Assembly (NCBI GenBank): GCA_963662275.1
Contig: OY759316.1
Span: forward strand, 1,536,001-1,600,000
Source of the DNA: Candidatus Cloacimonadales bacterium
GTDB taxonomy: Bacteria > Cloacimonadota > Cloacimonadia > Cloacimonadales > DAONDQ01
Length of the DNA stretch: 64,000 nt
Direction: 5' to 3'
Within the stretch, counting starts at the first letter, position 1. Every line of letters starts with the position of its first letter. The position numbers and the translations under genes are program-made. The notes beneath the pieces were generated by a model, which ran no database searches, had not been told where the DNA came from, and saw nothing but the letters and a program-made list of their open reading frames with translations. Shown here piece after piece: positions 18,050-27,914 of this stretch.

Positions 18050-20741
18050 TCAGTATGTCCTTTCGCTTAAGATTGATTTGAGTCAATTTCAGCAAATGCT
18101 GGAAAAGGCAAAAGCCGGACTTAAGGGTATCCCTAATATTGTATCGACAAAAATTGAAACAGATTCCAAACAGGCAACAACATCTATGAGTATGTTTGCC
18201 CAAACCATCACTGATCCAATCATCGGTATTAAAGCTTTGAGAGATGCTGATATTCAGCTTTCAGTTGAGCAAAAACAACAGATCAAGAACTTCCTGGCTG
18301 TTAATAATCTGGCAGGTGCTCAAAAGGTTGTATTGGATGAAGTAGCCAGAAAGACCAACCAGATTGGCAGCGAAGTCAAACAATCTAATACTGCTTTCAG
18401 CGGTTTAACCAAATCCTTACTAACGGCAGGGGCTGCTTATTTTGGAATTCAAGCAGTTATTGGTACGGTTGTTGGTCAGTTTAAGCGAGCCTATACGGAA
18501 GCCAGAGAAGCAGATAGAGCAATGAGACAAATGGAAGGTGCCATTAGAGCTAATGGTGGTGCTGCTGAATTGAGTGCTAGAACATTATCCCGTTTCAATA
18601 GTGAACTTGAACTCATGTCGGGATATGATGCAGATCAACTGACAAACCAAATGACAAAGCTGCTTCTTACTTTCCAAAACGTGAAAGGCGACAACTTCAA
18701 ACGTGCACAGACTGATATTGTAGACATGGCTGTAGCCCTTTCCAAAGCAACTGGTACTGAGGTAGATTTTGAAAGCGCAACCCGGCAAGTTGGCATTGCT
18801 TTAGAAGATCCAATCAACGGTTTATTACGTTTGCGGAAGAATGGGATCATCTTCTCAGACTCACAGAAAGAGCAAATCATAAACTTCATGGCTGTGAATG
18901 ATTTGGCAGGCGCACAGGGTGTGATTCTACAAGGATTAGAAGAAAAGTTCAAAGGGCAGGCTGCCAATATGGTAGAACCCACAAAGCAGTTAAAGACTGC
19001 CTGGGATAACATATTAGAGTCATTCGGCAGGAATATAATCGTACCAATGGTTGATGATGCCAGTAATTCAGTGTTGGCTTTTCTGGGTGTTGTGAAAGAA
19101 TTGAAGGGTCAGATTGTTGATAATTTAACAGCTTTCGAGGCTGCTAAGAAAACAAATCAAATTAAGATCGACGGTGCAAATCAACTCATAGCCTTATATG
19201 GTCAAATGAAGAACTTAGGTGATTCAGATAAAGCAAGAGTAGCTGAATTAATTGCCGACCGGGATAAGCTAATCGTGCTTCAAGGTGAACTGAATAGATT
19301 GTACCAGGCTGAACTTACTGTGCGTAATAAACCGGTTGCCAAAGAAGATACTGCTGAAGCGAAAGCAGCCAGGGAAGCAGCGACAAAAGCAGCTCAAGAC
19401 TGGAAAGACCAGCAGGAGCAGATATATATTGAATTGGGTGCTGACATCGATGCGCAGGTACAAAAGAACTTTGATGCTGAAGAAAAAGAATACCAAGACA
19501 AAGTTGCCGCTGATCAGGCGAGACGTGCTGAAGTATTAAAGAACATAGCGGGCTATTATGGTGAAGTTCAATTCCAGGATGCATCTTATTACAACTGGAA
19601 AACAACACAGATCAATACTGAAGTGAAAGCAATGGGGCTTTCCACTGAGCAGCAAAAAAAACTGATCCAGGAACGGATTGATAAGCTAAACCAGGAGAAA
19701 CAAGCTTGGGAGTCCATGCCTATGAATGCTATAATAGCCAAATATCACGAAATAGAGGCTACTATGGCAGATTCTAAGACCATTGGGGTTCAGAGCTGGG
19801 CAGGAATCAGAGACGGTTTACAGGCAACGTATGACGCACTAAAACCATATTCCGACAAAATACACGGTGTGATGGCGGAGCTGCTGCAAAAGATTCATAT
19901 TGCCCAAATGAATGCCGGAAAGAAAAAGAGCTGGTTTTGGGGTACGATCATGGGCTATGATCCTGATGATCCAAAGGACAGACAAAAGATCAATGCCATG
20001 GAACAGACGTTTTCCACCATAGGTAACATGGCAAGTTCTATTGCCCAAATGGGAATACAGCAAACCGAAGACAAAAAGTCAAAAGAACTGGCTGCACTTG
20101 ATGAACGGGCTAAGAGAGAGAATTTAACCGAAGAAGAAGTCTTAAAAAATAAAAAAGAAATCAATAAACGAGCTGAAGCTGAAGAACGCAAATATAAAAA
20201 TATTCAAAAAGCTATGTCTCTTGCAACCGCCTTCATTAACGTAGCTGTAGGTGTGACAAAAGCGCTGACACTTGGGCCTATACTTGGACCTATTCTAGCA
20301 GCGATTATTACGGTTATGGGCGCAGTACAAATAGGGATGATAGCCGCTCAAAAGTTTGCAGGCGGTGGAAGAATAACCGGACCAGGCGGACCTAAAGACG
20401 ACAAGATTCCAATAATGGCAAGTAATGGGGAATATATCGTTAATGCCGAAGCTGTTAAAAAATATGGTGTTGGCTTTTTAGATGCTCTCAACTTCGGGCT
20501 TTCCATGCCTGTAATACCTAGAGTCAGTCATGCATCCGTAAGTGCAGCATCTAATAATGATGCACTTCTAAAAGAAATATCGAATGGGGTGGCTATCCTT
20601 AATCTAAACCTGGTACGGAAAGAGATGTCACCTGAAATACAGATCACCAATAATGGCTCAGATGTGCAGACGACCGTTAGGAAGCTAGAAAAGGCAAAAG
20701 CACAAATGACCCGGAATAATGGGACATTGGAATATGTTTAA
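18042..20741 (+). CDS. tail tape measure protein
   Basis: 899 aa, Ala/Gln-rich helical; 'G.ALEDP..GL..L...G..FS..QK..I'; C-terminal 'AQKFAGGG.I.GPG..K.D.IP...SNGEY.VNA'. Confidence 0.93.
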   Translation: MADQYVLSLKIDLSQFQQMLEKAKAGLKGIPNIVSTKIETDSKQATTSMSMFAQTITDPIIGIKALRDADIQLSVEQKQQIKNFLAVNNLAGAQKVVLDEVARKTNQIGSEVKQSNTAFSGLTKSLLTAGAAYFGIQAVIGTVVGQFKRAYTEAREADRAMRQMEGAIRANGGAAELSARTLSRFNSELELMSGYDADQLTNQMTKLLLTFQNVKGDNFKRAQTDIVDMAVALSKATGTEVDFESATRQVGIALEDPINGLLRLRKNGIIFSDSQKEQIINFMAVNDLAGAQGVILQGLEEKFKGQAANMVEPTKQLKTAWDNILESFGRNIIVPMVDDASNSVLAFLGVVKELKGQIVDNLTAFEAAKKTNQIKIDGANQLIALYGQMKNLGDSDKARVAELIADRDKLIVLQGELNRLYQAELTVRNKPVAKEDTAEAKAAREAATKAAQDWKDQQEQIYIELGADIDAQVQKNFDAEEKEYQDKVAADQARRAEVLKNIAGYYGEVQFQDASYYNWKTTQINTEVKAMGLSTEQQKKLIQERIDKLNQEKQAWESMPMNAIIAKYHEIEATMADSKTIGVQSWAGIRDGLQATYDALKPYSDKIHGVMAELLQKIHIAQMNAGKKKSWFWGTIMGYDPDDPKDRQKINAMEQTFSTIGNMASSIAQMGIQQTEDKKSKELAALDERAKRENLTEEEVLKNKKEINKRAEAEERKYKNIQKAMSLATAFINVAVGVTKALTLGPILGPILAAIITVMGAVQIGMIAAQKFAGGGRITGPGGPKDDKIPIMASNGEYIVNAEAVKKYGVGFLDALNFGLSMPVIPRVSHASVSAASNNDALLKEISNGVAILNLNLVRKEMSPEIQITNNGSDVQTTVRKLEKAKAQMTRNNGTLEYV

Positions 20742-21957
20742 AATCCTATTAAATACCACCGACATCAGTAACTACGTATTGGATTTTGGTGAAACACCCA
20801 TAAGCTTAACAACCTATGACAATATTATTGAAGTACCATCGGGATCTATGACTGTACTTGACCAGGACATTACGTATGCTGTTGGAGACGTCATTCAAAT
20901 ACAATCGGGGGCGATAACACCAGTAACATTTGCAAGATTTGTGATTAAAAATATTGAAACAGATATTGGAACTACACGAAAGATTTTAACAATAGAAGAT
21001 GCTATATCACTGATGGCAGATCATAAAGTGATGGATCTGACTAATACTGACTTTTATAACGCTATCTTAGCAAGTCCATCTGAAGATTATGTTGGAGCTG
21101 TATGCCAGCGCTTTTACAACAGCTATGATCATGCCCCCTATAGACGCAATTTCGTGACCCTAACTCATGTCCTGAAAGTATGCCTAATGAAAGCCGGGGT
21201 TATTCCTCTTCTTGCGAATATTGATGTAAGCGCATATTATGGCAATTTACCTTCAGGATTCTTATATTATTATGATGGAAATTCATACGATCTATATTAT
21301 GATCATCTTGCATTCCATCCAGGACAGCTACAACTAATAGGACGTACTAATCAAGATGATTATGCGTACAATAGTGCCACACTACTGCAGATATTTCTTT
21401 TTATTATGCAGGTTTTTAATGCTGAATATATTTATAGTGGAAACACAATTATAATTAGACCTAGAGTGGGTTTATCTTTCATTTCAGACGATCATGTATA
21501 TGGATTGAAATCTACAGATTACGTTAATGCCTTCGATTTTTACCAAAGTACCTTAATGTACTGGAATACAAACGGGGTAGGAGGATTTGATGTGTATGAA
21601 CCAAGTGAAGATATATATGGAACTGAAAATAATCAAACTGCTTATTCTCCTTCAGCGCCGCCATCCTCGATAAAGCCTAAATTACGCGTCAATTCAATGC
21701 TAAAACACGCCATAGTTCATAGACGAGGCTATATAGATCCTTATTTTTATATTGAGGAAATGGATTATGTTAGTCCTTCATATCATTTTATCGACCATTA
21801 TACGGATATTTTGCTTAGCCGATTCCCTGCTTTGCCCAATACTTGTGACACGCTTACAACTGATTTTACTCCTAGTCTAAGCAAGGATGCCACAAATAGG
21901 ATACTACTGGAGCATACCGTTAATTTTAATTATAAACGTTCAACAATTACGTACTAG
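20734..21957 (+). CDS. phage tail tip/hub-like protein
   Basis: Coupled to the TMP stop; Tyr-rich; position. Confidence 0.55.
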   Translation: MFKILLNTTDISNYVLDFGETPISLTTYDNIIEVPSGSMTVLDQDITYAVGDVIQIQSGAITPVTFARFVIKNIETDIGTTRKILTIEDAISLMADHKVMDLTNTDFYNAILASPSEDYVGAVCQRFYNSYDHAPYRRNFVTLTHVLKVCLMKAGVIPLLANIDVSAYYGNLPSGFLYYYDGNSYDLYYDHLAFHPGQLQLIGRTNQDDYAYNSATLLQIFLFIMQVFNAEYIYSGNTIIIRPRVGLSFISDDHVYGLKSTDYVNAFDFYQSTLMYWNTNGVGGFDVYEPSEDIYGTENNQTAYSPSAPPSSIKPKLRVNSMLKHAIVHRRGYIDPYFYIEEMDYVSPSYHFIDHYTDILLSRFPALPNTCDTLTTDFTPSLSKDATNRILLEHTVNFNYKRSTITY

Positions 21958-21965
21958 GAGCTAGT

Positions 21966-22403
21966 ATGAGCTGTATTGTACCTGTAATAAAAATTCCTTA
22001 TATCTTATGTCCAGTTACTGAATATGATTACACACTATCGAATTCATCGATTGAAGATAACTATATACATGATCACGAAGTAGTAAAAAGTATAATTAAT
22101 GGGCATAAGAGCATCATATCTAATGGTAACTTCTATGAAGGTACGATCATAGTCCGTGGCGTTGGGAATAGTTTGTTAGGCGATTATCAGGATTTGCAAG
22201 GCAATGTAGTCCGTTTATGGCCATATGGTACTGGTGTTGTTACTACCGGTAAGTACTATCCTTACGTTGATGTCATAATATCCGAAGTATTACCCTTTCA
22301 CGACCAACAGCAACATTGGCGCGACGCCGTACTAATTAGCTTTGTGAGCCAAGATCCATATACTCCTGCATTAGCAACTGATGATGGACTTCCCCAAGAA
22401 TAA
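21966..22403 (+). CDS. phage distal-tail-like hypothetical protein
   Basis: AGGAG RBS; last gene before the putative phage end. Confidence 0.55.
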   Translation: MSCIVPVIKIPYILCPVTEYDYTLSNSSIEDNYIHDHEVVKSIINGHKSIISNGNFYEGTIIVRGVGNSLLGDYQDLQGNVVRLWPYGTGVVTTGKYYPYVDVIISEVLPFHDQQQHWRDAVLISFVSQDPYTPALATDDGLPQE

Positions 22404-22421
22404 ATAGCAATTCAAAACACT

Positions 22422-22527
22422 GCATAAATAAGTGAGAAAAGATGTGCATTAATACGAGAGAATTTTAATGAAAATATCATTTCTCGTTTATTTTTGCGTA
22501 ATTTCTCGTTTATTTTTGCAAGATATA
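22422..22527. repeat. putative transposase-binding sites at the prophage right end
   Basis: ATTTCTCGTTTATTTTTGC exact direct repeat at 22479-22497 and 22501-22519; degenerate inverted copies at 22422-22440 and 22446-22464. Confidence 0.65.
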
Positions 22528-22635
22528 GTAGATTTAGAAATAATCCTTTCTTTGCATGTAACAAATAAGACAAATAATGCTTGACAACCTATTAGCTATT
22601 TAATTATTTACTTAAATATATAAAGGAGCTTCATT

Positions 22636-22923
22636 ATGGCACATGAGAGTTTGTTTAAAGCTTTGGCTGATCCCAATCGCCGGAAGATCATCCGTTTGCT
22701 GCGAAAACATGATACTATGAATGCGGGTGAGATCGCTGAGCAGTTTAACATATCTAAACCTGCGATTAGTGATCATTTGCGTATATTGAAGGATGCCAAC
22801 CTGATATTTGCTGAAAAGCAAGGGCAGTTCATTATGTATCAGCTAAATACATCAATTCTTGAGGAACTGGCAGAATATTTGATCGATTTCGTGAAAATCG
22901 GTAAAGAAGTGGAGGAACAATGA
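22636..22923 (+). CDS. sdpR: ArsR-family autorepressor, SdpR-like
   Basis: 'FKALADPNRRKI..LL...M.AGEIAEQF.ISKP.IS.HL.ILK.A.L'; precedes the SdpI gene. Confidence 0.85.
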   Translation: MAHESLFKALADPNRRKIIRLLRKHDTMNAGEIAEQFNISKPAISDHLRILKDANLIFAEKQGQFIMYQLNTSILEELAEYLIDFVKIGKEVEEQ

Positions 22924-23600
22924 ATGCTAAAAAGTACTACATGATCAGTATCATCATCTTAATATTACAATTATTTGCAGCATTATGGATAGGTCATTTC
23001 CTCAAGCAGGATGCCAAGATACCTGTTCATTGGAATATTCATAACCAGATCGATGGTTATACAAATAAAACACAGGGTATATTCTTATTTTGGGGTATCA
23101 ATGTTGCCCTGTTCCTGCTCATGGCTTTCTTTCGCAAGTTCAGTCCTGTATATCAGCGAGATAGGGAGAATAGCAACAATGCCATCCCACTATTAACGAT
23201 GGGATTAATATTCTTTTTTGCGCTTATTCATCTCTATTCCCTAATGCTGGCGAAGAATCCGAATTGGGCATCGAATGTCCAGGTACTATTTCTACTAATG
23301 GGTTTTTTATTTATGTTCATAGGAAATGTGATGCCCAAGCTTTCCCGTAATTACTTTGCCGGCGTAAAAACCCCCTGGACGTACTATTCAGATGAAATAT
23401 GGCGTAAAACATCAAGAGTTAGCGGATACTGTTTTTTCTTATTGGGATTTGTCTTCATTGTGGGTGGTGCCTTCAATATAACAGGGACATTAATGACAAC
23501 CATGTTAGTAACAATGCTTGTTATCACAGTATTTGTTCCCACGGTGTATTCATTTCTACTGTATTTGAAGGTGAAAAAAGGCAATGAATCTAACCAGTGA
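22920..23600 (+). CDS. sdpI: SdpI-family immunity membrane protein (DUF1648 + SdpI)
   Basis: 'IPVHWNI..QIDGY', 'GN.MPK..RNYFAG..TPWT...E.W.KT.R'. Confidence 0.9.
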   Translation: MNAKKYYMISIIILILQLFAALWIGHFLKQDAKIPVHWNIHNQIDGYTNKTQGIFLFWGINVALFLLMAFFRKFSPVYQRDRENSNNAIPLLTMGLIFFFALIHLYSLMLAKNPNWASNVQVLFLLMGFLFMFIGNVMPKLSRNYFAGVKTPWTYYSDEIWRKTSRVSGYCFFLLGFVFIVGGAFNITGTLMTTMLVTMLVITVFVPTVYSFLLYLKVKKGNESNQ

Positions 23601-23691
23601 CTCTATATATAAGAAACTTCGTTCTCCAAAGTGTATACCGGAATGAATCCAAGTTTAAAACAAACTACAACCTGTCTCAAACCAATGTCAG

Positions 23692-23744
23692 GAAACAGGA
23701 ATGAAACTGGTATGAAACAGGAATCAAACTGGTATCAAACTGGT
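23692..23744. repeat. 11-bp tandem repeat, ~5 copies
   Basis: gaaacaggaat gaaactggtat gaaacaggaat caaactggtat caaactggta. Confidence 0.8.
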
Positions 23745-24134
23745 AGTAATTAAGGGCAAAGATGTGCAAATGATATATGTTGCCCCGTCTAACTTAATTT
23801 TTTTAGCGAGTTTCTCTGTCCAGAGCGGAAAAAGATGATATTTGATAATAAAAAACTGATAATAAGTATACTTCAAAATCAAAACTGCTCAGTTAATCTT
23901 CAATAAGCATTTTGCTAAGGAATGAGTGTAAATGCTCTAACTCTTTAATTGATTATAGGTTGTTTAGAAGATAAATGGAGGAATATCTTTTTCGATGTAG
24001 GTATATAAATAAATTGATTGTATAAATGGTAAGAAAAATCTATTGACTTAATTGTTTATAGTTTATAGAATCTCAGAATAATTATGAATGAATGAAATTC
24101 CTTGTTTTTACATCTGTTTTATTTTGAGGTAATC

Positions 24135-24848
24135 ATGAGTAATTTGTGCAAGAATTGCGGATTTGAAACATCAGATAAATATTGTGCTCATTGCAGTCAA
24201 TCCACAGAAATAAAGCGAATCAGCGGGTCTAATTTTTTTCAAGAGTTTTTATTCAATAACTTCACTTTCCATAAAGGATTGCCATTCACAATAAAATCAC
24301 TTATTCTTCATCCTAAACAAGTGATTGAAGACTACCTTTCTGGAAAGAGAGTACAATATACCGGAGCGGTTCATTTTTTTTTATTTTACCTCATTTTAGA
24401 TGGACTATTCATACTCTTGCTAAAATCATTAGGAATACAGCAAGAGAGTTTTGATGCAGAATCCGGCTCTGCGATAATTGATCTTAGTAGTTGGATGAAG
24501 AGCTTTCAGATTCTTACTATTGCTTTATCTTCCTTCTCAACTTTCATCATCTATCGAAAAAAGAAATACAATCTCTCAGAACATTTGGTTATTAATTTTT
24601 ATATCTGGGGAATCTGCTGTTTTCTTTACGATTTGTTCCGAGTAGTAACTCTCTACAAATTGGAGAAGATTGATTCATACATTTTAAGTGCGCTTTTCAT
24701 TACCTATTTCATAAGGACATTCTATGATAAGAAAATCAGGATAATAGATTATTTCAAAGGCTTTTTATGCTTATTTTTGTTTAGAATTACCAGCGGAGGT
24801 ATGGAGCAACTGATCGTGATCATATACAACTTAGACCTGTTCAAATAA
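24135..24848 (+). CDS. DUF3667-like membrane protein with Zn ribbon
   Basis: 'CKNCG...YC.HC.Q....RI', 'P..V...YL.GKR..Y'; start reassigned after the GAGG RBS. Confidence 0.85.
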   Translation: MSNLCKNCGFETSDKYCAHCSQSTEIKRISGSNFFQEFLFNNFTFHKGLPFTIKSLILHPKQVIEDYLSGKRVQYTGAVHFFLFYLILDGLFILLLKSLGIQQESFDAESGSAIIDLSSWMKSFQILTIALSSFSTFIIYRKKKYNLSEHLVINFYIWGICCFLYDLFRVVTLYKLEKIDSYILSALFITYFIRTFYDKKIRIIDYFKGFLCLFLFRITSGGMEQLIVIIYNLDLFK

Positions 24849-24906
24849 CAGGCTGATAAAGGATGTCAATGATGATTCTGTATGTAAATTCTCAAATGAG
24901 GTAATA

Positions 24907-25620
24907 ATGGAAAATACTTGTAAGAATTGCGGCATTGAAGTAACGAGCCATTACTGCCCTAATTGTGGTCAGCGCACAAAGACGAAGCGGATTGACGGTT
25001 CTTTTTTGCTCCAGGAATTCATACTGAATAATTTTACTTTCCACAATGGATTGCTCTATACTATGAAATCGCTGATCCTATATCCTAAACAGGTAGTTGA
25101 GAACTACCTGGCTGGGAAAAGAGCAAGATACACGGGAGCAGTACAATTTTTTCTATTTATCATTATTTTTAGAGCAATCCTATCACTTATAATTGGGGAG
25201 CACGTACTTGATAATCGTGTAAAAGAACTGAATAATTTATTTAATGTCAAAATCGAAATTCAGAGAAACCTAAAGAGTATGTATATCATTTTTGCATCTC
25301 AATCTTCAATAGGGACTTACCTGGTTTATCGAAATAAGAAATACAATCTCTCTGAACATATTATCATTAATTTTTACATTATAGGGATGTGTTTTTTTAT
25401 TAGATTAGTAATCAATTTAGTCACATTTTATAAAATCGAAACGTATGTTCAATATATGTTGCCAATTCTTATTATTTCATATTACATCAGAATATTCTAT
25501 AGTGAGAGAATCAGGATTAAGGACGTTTTTAAAGGTATATGGTGTTTTCTTTTGATTTATTGCACAAGCATTGCATTTCTATTGTTATATATATTTGGAT
25601 TGCTTAAAGGAAATATGTAA
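24907..25620 (+). CDS. DUF3667-like membrane protein, tandem paralogue
   Basis: Same motifs as the previous gene. Confidence 0.85.
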   Translation: MENTCKNCGIEVTSHYCPNCGQRTKTKRIDGSFLLQEFILNNFTFHNGLLYTMKSLILYPKQVVENYLAGKRARYTGAVQFFLFIIIFRAILSLIIGEHVLDNRVKELNNLFNVKIEIQRNLKSMYIIFASQSSIGTYLVYRNKKYNLSEHIIINFYIIGMCFFIRLVINLVTFYKIETYVQYMLPILIISYYIRIFYSERIRIKDVFKGIWCFLLIYCTSIAFLLLYIFGLLKGNM

Positions 25621-25797
25621 TTCCTGCAATTTGTTGAAAAAACATTGTTGTACCTAAGTTCTCTACATTGATGCAGTATAAAACTAGAATTATAATCATT
25701 TTCTGATATTTCTCTTTTCAAAATCCAGTTTGATTATTTGCTTGACGTTAGATAGTATATTTCTTCTTGTTTCCAAATCTACAAACAGGGGAAGAGA

Positions 25798-27093
25798 ATG
25801 CAGAAACGTCGTAAGACTAAGAAAAAGATAAACAGAAATAAAAACCATGGAATGCGGAATCTTATCATTTTATTGATAATCGCAATAGGATTATCGTTTC
25901 TGGTATTTTACTTAAGTACCCCTGGGAAATTAACACCTGAACAGAAACAAAAAACCATAGCCAAACATGAAAAAAAACACAAGAAAGCTATCAAACAAAA
26001 AACAAAAAAAGAAAACAAAAACGAAACGATCCAGGTAAGTAAAAAACCGGAACCAATCCAACCGAAACCGGAGACTGTAGCGACAGCCAAACAGGAAGAT
26101 ATGATCAAAGCAGCAATTTATCACGCGGCTGCCAAAATGGATGTCAGTACTGCTAAAATTCGCAGTAAGCAAAAGCCTGATGCATTATATATAACGATTC
26201 CTTTAGATCGGGAACTTGTAGATCTTACTTTTGCTAATATGATCATCAAGGGTGATGTCATTGCTGCTGGTGGAGCATTTACTTCCGGTAAGGAAGATAA
26301 CAAGCATAATACCCAGATATTGATCTTTAAAAATCCACAAACAGGCTCATTGTACAATGTTGAACTATATTATGATAAAATCTTAACTATCAAACCTAAA
26401 AGTAAACAACTAGCAGTTATCGTTGATGATTTAGGGAATTATCACGGCTCTCTGCTTCAAGATTTTGTAAAGACTAATCCGGCTGTGACCTTTGCGGTTA
26501 TGCCTGATTCCAAATATGCAAAGGAGTCATTAGCGGCAGCAAAGTCACAAGGACATGAGTGTATCATTCATATTCCCATGGAACCATTGGATTATCCAAA
26601 GAATAATCCTGGGAAAAATGCAATTTATGTGCAGTTATCTCAAAAGGAAATAGAAAAAAGAATGGAAGATTATATCCACCAACTACCCGGTTGTGTTGGA
26701 GCAAATAATCATATGGGTAGTTTTGCAAGTTCTGATCTTGCGGCGATGCAATCAGTAATGAGTGTATTGAAAAGGAATAATTTCTATTTTGTAGATAGTC
26801 GTACCACAAGTGAATCTGTGGCATTTAATGTAGCACAGAAAAGTCTTGTTCCTGCGTATAAAAGAGATTTATTCATCGATGAACCTAATCTTTCAGAAGA
26901 TAATCTTCGAAAACAGCTATCGATTCTTCAGAATTTACGAAGCAGCCAGGATTATGCGATTGTGATCATTCATTGCCATACAAGACAACATCTAGATTAT
27001 TTAAATCGTTTTATTCGTTCAATTCCTGCCTTAGGTTATGAATTAGTTCCTGTTTCAAAATTACAGTCGCGTCGTTTACCCCAGATTCTCTAG
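25798..27093 (+). CDS. divergent polysaccharide deacetylase family protein
   Basis: 'AVIVDDLG', 'HIPMEP', 'GANNHMGS', 'FVDSRT'; N-terminal TM anchor. Confidence 0.92.
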   Translation: MQKRRKTKKKINRNKNHGMRNLIILLIIAIGLSFLVFYLSTPGKLTPEQKQKTIAKHEKKHKKAIKQKTKKENKNETIQVSKKPEPIQPKPETVATAKQEDMIKAAIYHAAAKMDVSTAKIRSKQKPDALYITIPLDRELVDLTFANMIIKGDVIAAGGAFTSGKEDNKHNTQILIFKNPQTGSLYNVELYYDKILTIKPKSKQLAVIVDDLGNYHGSLLQDFVKTNPAVTFAVMPDSKYAKESLAAAKSQGHECIIHIPMEPLDYPKNNPGKNAIYVQLSQKEIEKRMEDYIHQLPGCVGANNHMGSFASSDLAAMQSVMSVLKRNNFYFVDSRTTSESVAFNVAQKSLVPAYKRDLFIDEPNLSEDNLRKQLSILQNLRSSQDYAIVIIHCHTRQHLDYLNRFIRSIPALGYELVPVSKLQSRRLPQIL

Positions 27094-27101
27094 GAGACAT
27101 A

Positions 27102-27911
27102 ATGAGTTTTTTTCATGCTATCTTGCTTGGCATATTGCAGGGATTTACTGAGTTCTTACCTGTAAGCAGTTCAGGACATCTAGTATTAGCCCAGCATTTT
27201 CTTCATTTAGATACTGCCGCGAACCTTACTTTCGATATTATGGTTCATTTTGGTTCTTTATTGGCGGTTATCATCTATTTTTGGAAGGATATTTACTATC
27301 TTATCATTTCATTATTCCATTGGTCTGGTAGTTCATCTAAGCATTCCAGCAATCATTGGTTCCTTTTATATTTACTGGTAGCCACAATCATCACCGGAAT
27401 CATAGGTTTTGCATTCAAAGATTTCTTTGAAAAACAATTTGGAAATCCTTATGTCGTATCTTGTATGCTCATTATTACTGGTATTATCATATTCCTTTCT
27501 GATCTGGTACCTTCATCCCAACGCAGAATTGAACAGATGGGTTTCTTTCGTTCTTTATTAATTGGATTTGGTCAAGCGATTGCTATCATACCCGGAATAT
27601 CGAGATCAGGTACAACCATTGCTGTATCCTTGTTTTCAGGAATACGTCGTGAGGATGCTGCTCGCTTTTCATTTCTGTTATCTATACCTGCCATTCTCGG
27701 GGCAAGTCTTTCTGATTACAAGAATATTTTAAATCTTGATCCAAGTCTTATTGGCAGCTATATCGGTGGAGTGATCGCTGCATTTATTTCAGGATATATA
27801 GTGATAGCTTTCTTACTGGAGATCATCCGTAAAAAAAGACTTCGTTATTTCTCCTTTTATTGCTGGGCAATTGCCATAGTATCAATGCTCTTATTGGCAA
27901 ATGGTTATTAA
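27102..27911 (+). CDS. uppP: undecaprenyl-diphosphate phosphatase
   Basis: 'QGFTEFLPVSSSGHL', 'PGISRSGTTI'. Confidence 0.97.
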   Translation: MSFFHAILLGILQGFTEFLPVSSSGHLVLAQHFLHLDTAANLTFDIMVHFGSLLAVIIYFWKDIYYLIISLFHWSGSSSKHSSNHWFLLYLLVATIITGIIGFAFKDFFEKQFGNPYVVSCMLIITGIIIFLSDLVPSSQRRIEQMGFFRSLLIGFGQAIAIIPGISRSGTTIAVSLFSGIRREDAARFSFLLSIPAILGASLSDYKNILNLDPSLIGSYIGGVIAAFISGYIVIAFLLEIIRKKRLRYFSFYCWAIAIVSMLLLANGY

Positions 27912-27914
27912 TGA

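Larger units (their letters stand above)
1..22527. mobile_element. Mu-like (transposable) prophage, late/structural region and probable right end; left part lies outside the window
   Basis: Mor-like regulator, MuF, Mu gp29-like portal, terminases, gpG, gp36, gp37, Mu protease I, capsid, tail chaperone and tape measure genes. Repeated 19-bp motifs at 22422-22519 lie just before host genes resume. Confidence 0.9.
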
